DNA of 64,000 bases from the NCBI GenBank assembly GCA_000002445.1, contig CP000068.1, positions 1,472,001 through 1,536,000 of the forward strand, given 5' to 3'. Shown in pieces: positions 60,410-64,000 of this stretch; positions within the stretch are counted from its first letter, which is position 1, and every line of letters starts with the position of its first letter. Position numbers and translations under genes: made by a program. Origin of the DNA: Trypanosoma brucei (lineage: Eukaryota). The notes beneath the pieces were generated by a model that saw nothing but the letters and a program-made list of their open reading frames with translations, made no database searches and was not told the DNA's origin.

Positions 60410-62039
60410 TGGTATATTTTCTAATCTTCGACCATATCTTAAAATTTTGTTAGTTTACACTGCTACAGTCTTCACAGTTATTTCACACAATTTTGAAGTT
60501 ATGGATGAAGTTCAAAGAAAATTGCCAATGTCGGTTTGCAGGAGAAGTTTTTAAAGGTGTTTTCGTTTCTGTTTCTAATCATAGTTGTAGCCATTCTGTT
60601 CTTCGTCTGAATAACCTGTTGTAGTTATTCACTACCTTGGTTCTGACAGAATTTGGTTGTGGTTTTCTACGGCCGAGGAAGCTAGATTACCGTTTTGCTG
60701 CCTTTCCACGACGGACAAATAATAATCGTCACTAAATATCGATCTTTGATATGCAGATATCTGGCTGCTTTTTTTTGCTTGTCATGGACGGTGCTATTAA
60801 CATGGTAATAAACACAGCTGTATCCGCTGCTTCCTCCTTGCCAGAAGATTCTGCCGTCAGGCAGTGTTCCGTCTGAACATGCGCCTCCTTTACTTTTTAA
60901 CATGTTGGGGTTCCGCGAAACGATGAGTTTAGCGCAGTTTCCACCGACTTTTGTGCCTAACCTTTAGTTCCTTTTAAATTAGCTTCAGTAAAATTGATTA
61001 TTAGAATTTGTATTGCGCATCAGAATCTTCTTCGCTTGTGCACAAATCATCTTCTTTTGTGTTTTTATGTTTAAAGGCAGTTTTATCGTTGGATTAAGGT
61101 GTGTAGTTAAGTCGCTTTGTTAGTATTTTTTCTCCATACTCTTATTAAAAGCCGTTTACAATAATCTAACCCACTCTCATATTAAATATATCAAAATTCC
61201 CCATAGTTCTATAAACAACTAAAGAAATTTTAATATAGAAAACATTTATAAATAATGGTTATCACTAGATTCTATCGTCTGATCATTTATATGTTACGCT
61301 CTATCATGGAATAACCATGTAAGAGTGTTTCTTCTCAAGGACACTATTGGCGTTTTGTTTTTGGCCTGGCGTCTGCGCGCCTGAGCAGCTTTGTATTTTA
61401 AGAATGGGTAACTTAGGGCTATAAGGTGCTTTTATCTCCACTTCAGTTTTATTGATTTGTGCCTGCAATGGCGGTATTTCGATTCCTTTTATGTGGATCT
61501 CCCGTTCCTTGAAAAATCTTAATATATGTTCTGTACACCAATATGAGATTTGAATAGAATCACTAAAAAGTTTATATAACACATAAATTTCGTCCACATC
61601 TGTCGTTGTATTCTATATTAAGCTCTTTCCGAGTTTTTTATTCCTCTTTTTTTGGCACAGTAATTCATTAGTATTATTAGTTTTAAAATATATTTCCATA
61701 ATATTATAGTGTTTTCTAATAATGTTAGCAGTTATTTCTACACATCATATAAATAATTTGAAATTACTTCACACTTACCCAATCCCTTTTATAAGTTACT
61801 CTTGCTTTTGCCTATTCTTCCTGACATCTGTATATTACAATCTACCACCACATCAAAAAACTGTGGCCTCCACTACCTTTCCAATAGAGTCTACTCATTT
61901 GTGAGTGATATGCAGGGCATCATTGTTGACTCGTTCTCCTATATGTAACATTGTCTTCTGTGCTGCATTGTGTACTATTTAATTCTGTTCTTTTATCTTT
62001 TCTTTTTGTCTTCTGTTGCTGGTTTTGTGGATTATGTAG

Positions 62040-62318
62040 CAATTCCATCTGGGTTGCATACTGTATCATGACTGCCCTTTTACAATTCCTTCATTCCATT
62101 GTTTAAAATGGTGGCCATCACTTTTTTAGTGCTGAAAACTGCGAATCTTGAAGTCTTCTTTACATCCATTTGTCATTCTTCATCTTCTTTAATAATAATA
62201 TTCTTCGCCGCCTCTCACTTACTCTCTATCCACTAAGATACTCCAATTTCACTCTTTCCATTGTCTTCAGTTCTCCTATTGCAGTTGTGCATTTCTTTTT
62301 AGGAACTGACTCTTATTA
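62040..62318. repeat. Conserved cassette element distal to the 70-bp repeat.
   Basis: It has 'ttccatctgggttgcatactgtatc', 'aaatggtggccatcac' and 'gcagttgtgcatttcttttt'. Confidence 0.5.
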
Positions 62319-62400
62319 TTATAATATTAGTATATACAAACTCACAACATGTTTCTTTCATTTCCATTATTTTTTTCTATTATAACCCTAACAAATGTCG
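62318..62400 (-). repeat. Single 70-bp repeat.
   Basis: 'ttattataatattagtatatacaaactcacaacatgtttc...ttataaccctaacaaatg'. Confidence 0.6.
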
Positions 62401-62670
62401 ATAAAATAAAATAAAAGAACTAAAATATACCAAGTTATAATAGCAATCATTTTTCGCACCCTATCACAATAATATTTTGAAGCCACAGTCCAGCTTCATA
62501 CCGAAATTTTTAAAAAGTGAATAATTTTCAAAACTTTTACAAAAGTGTTAAAACATGACTAATATTAGAAAATTGTCTCAAAATAACACAATTTCACAAA
62601 TTTTATAAAGTTCATAAATTTGAGCGAAAATCCTCTAAAAATAATTGTAGAAACAAAAGAGGGACTTTAG

Positions 62671-64000
62671 TTACAGCAGAAATAACAACCGCAATCTACT
62701 TGACTTTGCACTCATTTTTCTCTTTGTCCCAATCGCATTTGTTTTTGTCACATTTGCCTTCTTCAGTGGCTTTGCACTCAGCTGCGGTTGTTTTGTTGTC
62801 CCCGTCTTTCTTTTCTTCTGTTTTGTCTGTTGCATCTGACTTGCTTGGGTAGTTTGCATTTTTGTTGTTTTTAGTTGTTTGTGATACCTTCGAGTTAGCT
62901 TCGTCCATCTGCCATGCCGGGGCTTCAGTGAGCTGGCCAAGAGGTGTGTTTTCTTTAATGTCCAGTTCGGCTCGCTCTTTGTTCTTTGTTATCGGTGGTT
63001 TAAGGATTTCTATGACGTTCCACAGTTTAGCTTTGTACTACTTTCCGCCTTCTCCGTAAGCTGCCGTTATTGCAGAGGTTAGCTTGTCTGGGGGGCTTGT
63101 GGAATCCTGTTCGTTGTTCGGCTGGTTAAGCAAACTGCGGATTGCCTGCCGCTTGAACAAAGGCGATGTGGAAACTGTTGCGTACTCAGTCAGCTGCCTG
63201 TCGCAAGCCGTGTTTGCTGCCGCGGCTTTGAGGTCCTTCAGAGCTTCTTGGGCCGCTTGCTGCGTCCCTTGCGTTATATTAACTTCGCCTTGTACGATCA
63301 CGTCTTTGCTGGCCGCTGAAGATCCCCACCTGCTTTTTGGCTTGTTAGTGACCTTTTCTATTTTTCTTGTTAGTTCGAATTGTAGGAAACCTGAGCCTGC
63401 AGCCGGGGCTGAACTGTGGCAGTTGTTCGAGCCGTCGCTGTCGCATGTTACAGTTATTGTGTGGTATTCTGTCGGTTGTAGTATTTCATTTTTTTCGTCA
63501 TCTTGGTTGTCGTCAAAGTCGGTTTGCTCGTCCTCCTTTTCGTCTCCGAAGTTGTCGGCTGTCTTGATGTTTACTGGTGTGGCGTCGAAGGCGGTGTCTT
63601 TGTAGTAGCTGCTGGTCTCTCGTGGCGTTAGTTTGACTTTTGTGCTTTTGCTTTGCCGCATCGCTAGGCCGCAACTTTTGCAGAGGCGTTTTCTAATGTT
63701 GGTAGACCTTTTTTCAGAGCACCTATCTGGTCGGTGACAGCTTCCTGGCATTCTTGAAGCACTTTTCCCGCCGCAGCCAGTGGTGCTAGCGCTTTGTGCT
63801 GTTGCTACGCCGGTTGTCGTCGCAGCTATGAGCAGTCTTGTCAAGTCTCTCTGCATCTTTACAAGGTTGTGGACGTTGATTTCAAGCTTCTGTGCATAGA
63901 ATGTCGATGCTTTGGCGAGTCGTTTGCTGCATTTACAAGGCGTTGGGCAGACAGCGTATGTTTCTTGCGCAGGTGCGGTCCCTGTCACCAAAGTTCAGAC
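62671..64000 (-). pseudogene. VSG: VSG pseudogene, partial. It runs off the window end and has internal frameshifts.
   Basis: ORF 62696-62908 has '...CKATEEGKCDKNKCDWDKEKNECKVK' (C-terminal domain). ORF 63038-63991 contains VSG N-domain segments ('...QAAQEALKDLKAAAANTACDRQLTEYATVS...') and out-of-frame stretches. Confidence 0.7.

Overview
This window looks like a silent subtelomeric VSG gene array from an African trypanosome of the Trypanosoma brucei group. I base that on four hallmarks I recognise in the sequence. Many minus-strand ORFs have VSG N-terminal domains and end in the VSG C-terminal cysteine/GPI-signal pattern (e.g. '...NSFVINKAPLLLAFLLF*', '...SFLVNKKLAL...'). A '70-bp repeat' sits upstream of every cassette, reading on the + strand 'attataatattcgtatatacacactcacaacactttcctattattatt...'. 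The VSG 3'UTR 16-mer (TGATATATTTTAACAC, seen as 'gtgttaaaatatatca' on the + strand) is present. A 5.3-kb ingi non-LTR retroelement carries RT, RNase H and C2H2 zinc-finger ORF fragments. All roughly 19 VSG genes, pseudogenes or fragments lie on the minus strand in a head-to-tail cassette pattern. In + coordinates each cassette reads: 3'UTR, VSG CDS, 0.7-2.2 kb 5' flank, a conserved ~300-bp element, 70-bp repeat(s), then the next 3'UTR. Only three VSGs have uninterrupted full-length ORFs (20939-22540, 48764-50365, 55509-56969), and the rest are frameshifted, nonsense-containing or truncated. Four other features stand out. (1) A degenerate ingi lies in the 3' region of the intact VSG at 20939-22540. 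(2) A glycosyltransferase (GT31/GT67-like) pseudogene sits inside the array. (3) Two paralogous ~1-kb A-rich low-complexity blocks carry interstitial degenerate telomere-hexamer tracts (CCCTAA on +), each wedged between an intact-looking VSG and a ~50-codon VSG 3' stub. (4) A pure (TTA)~58 expansion lies inside one 70-bp repeat. Several 'pseudogenes' are damaged only at the start of their C-terminal domain.
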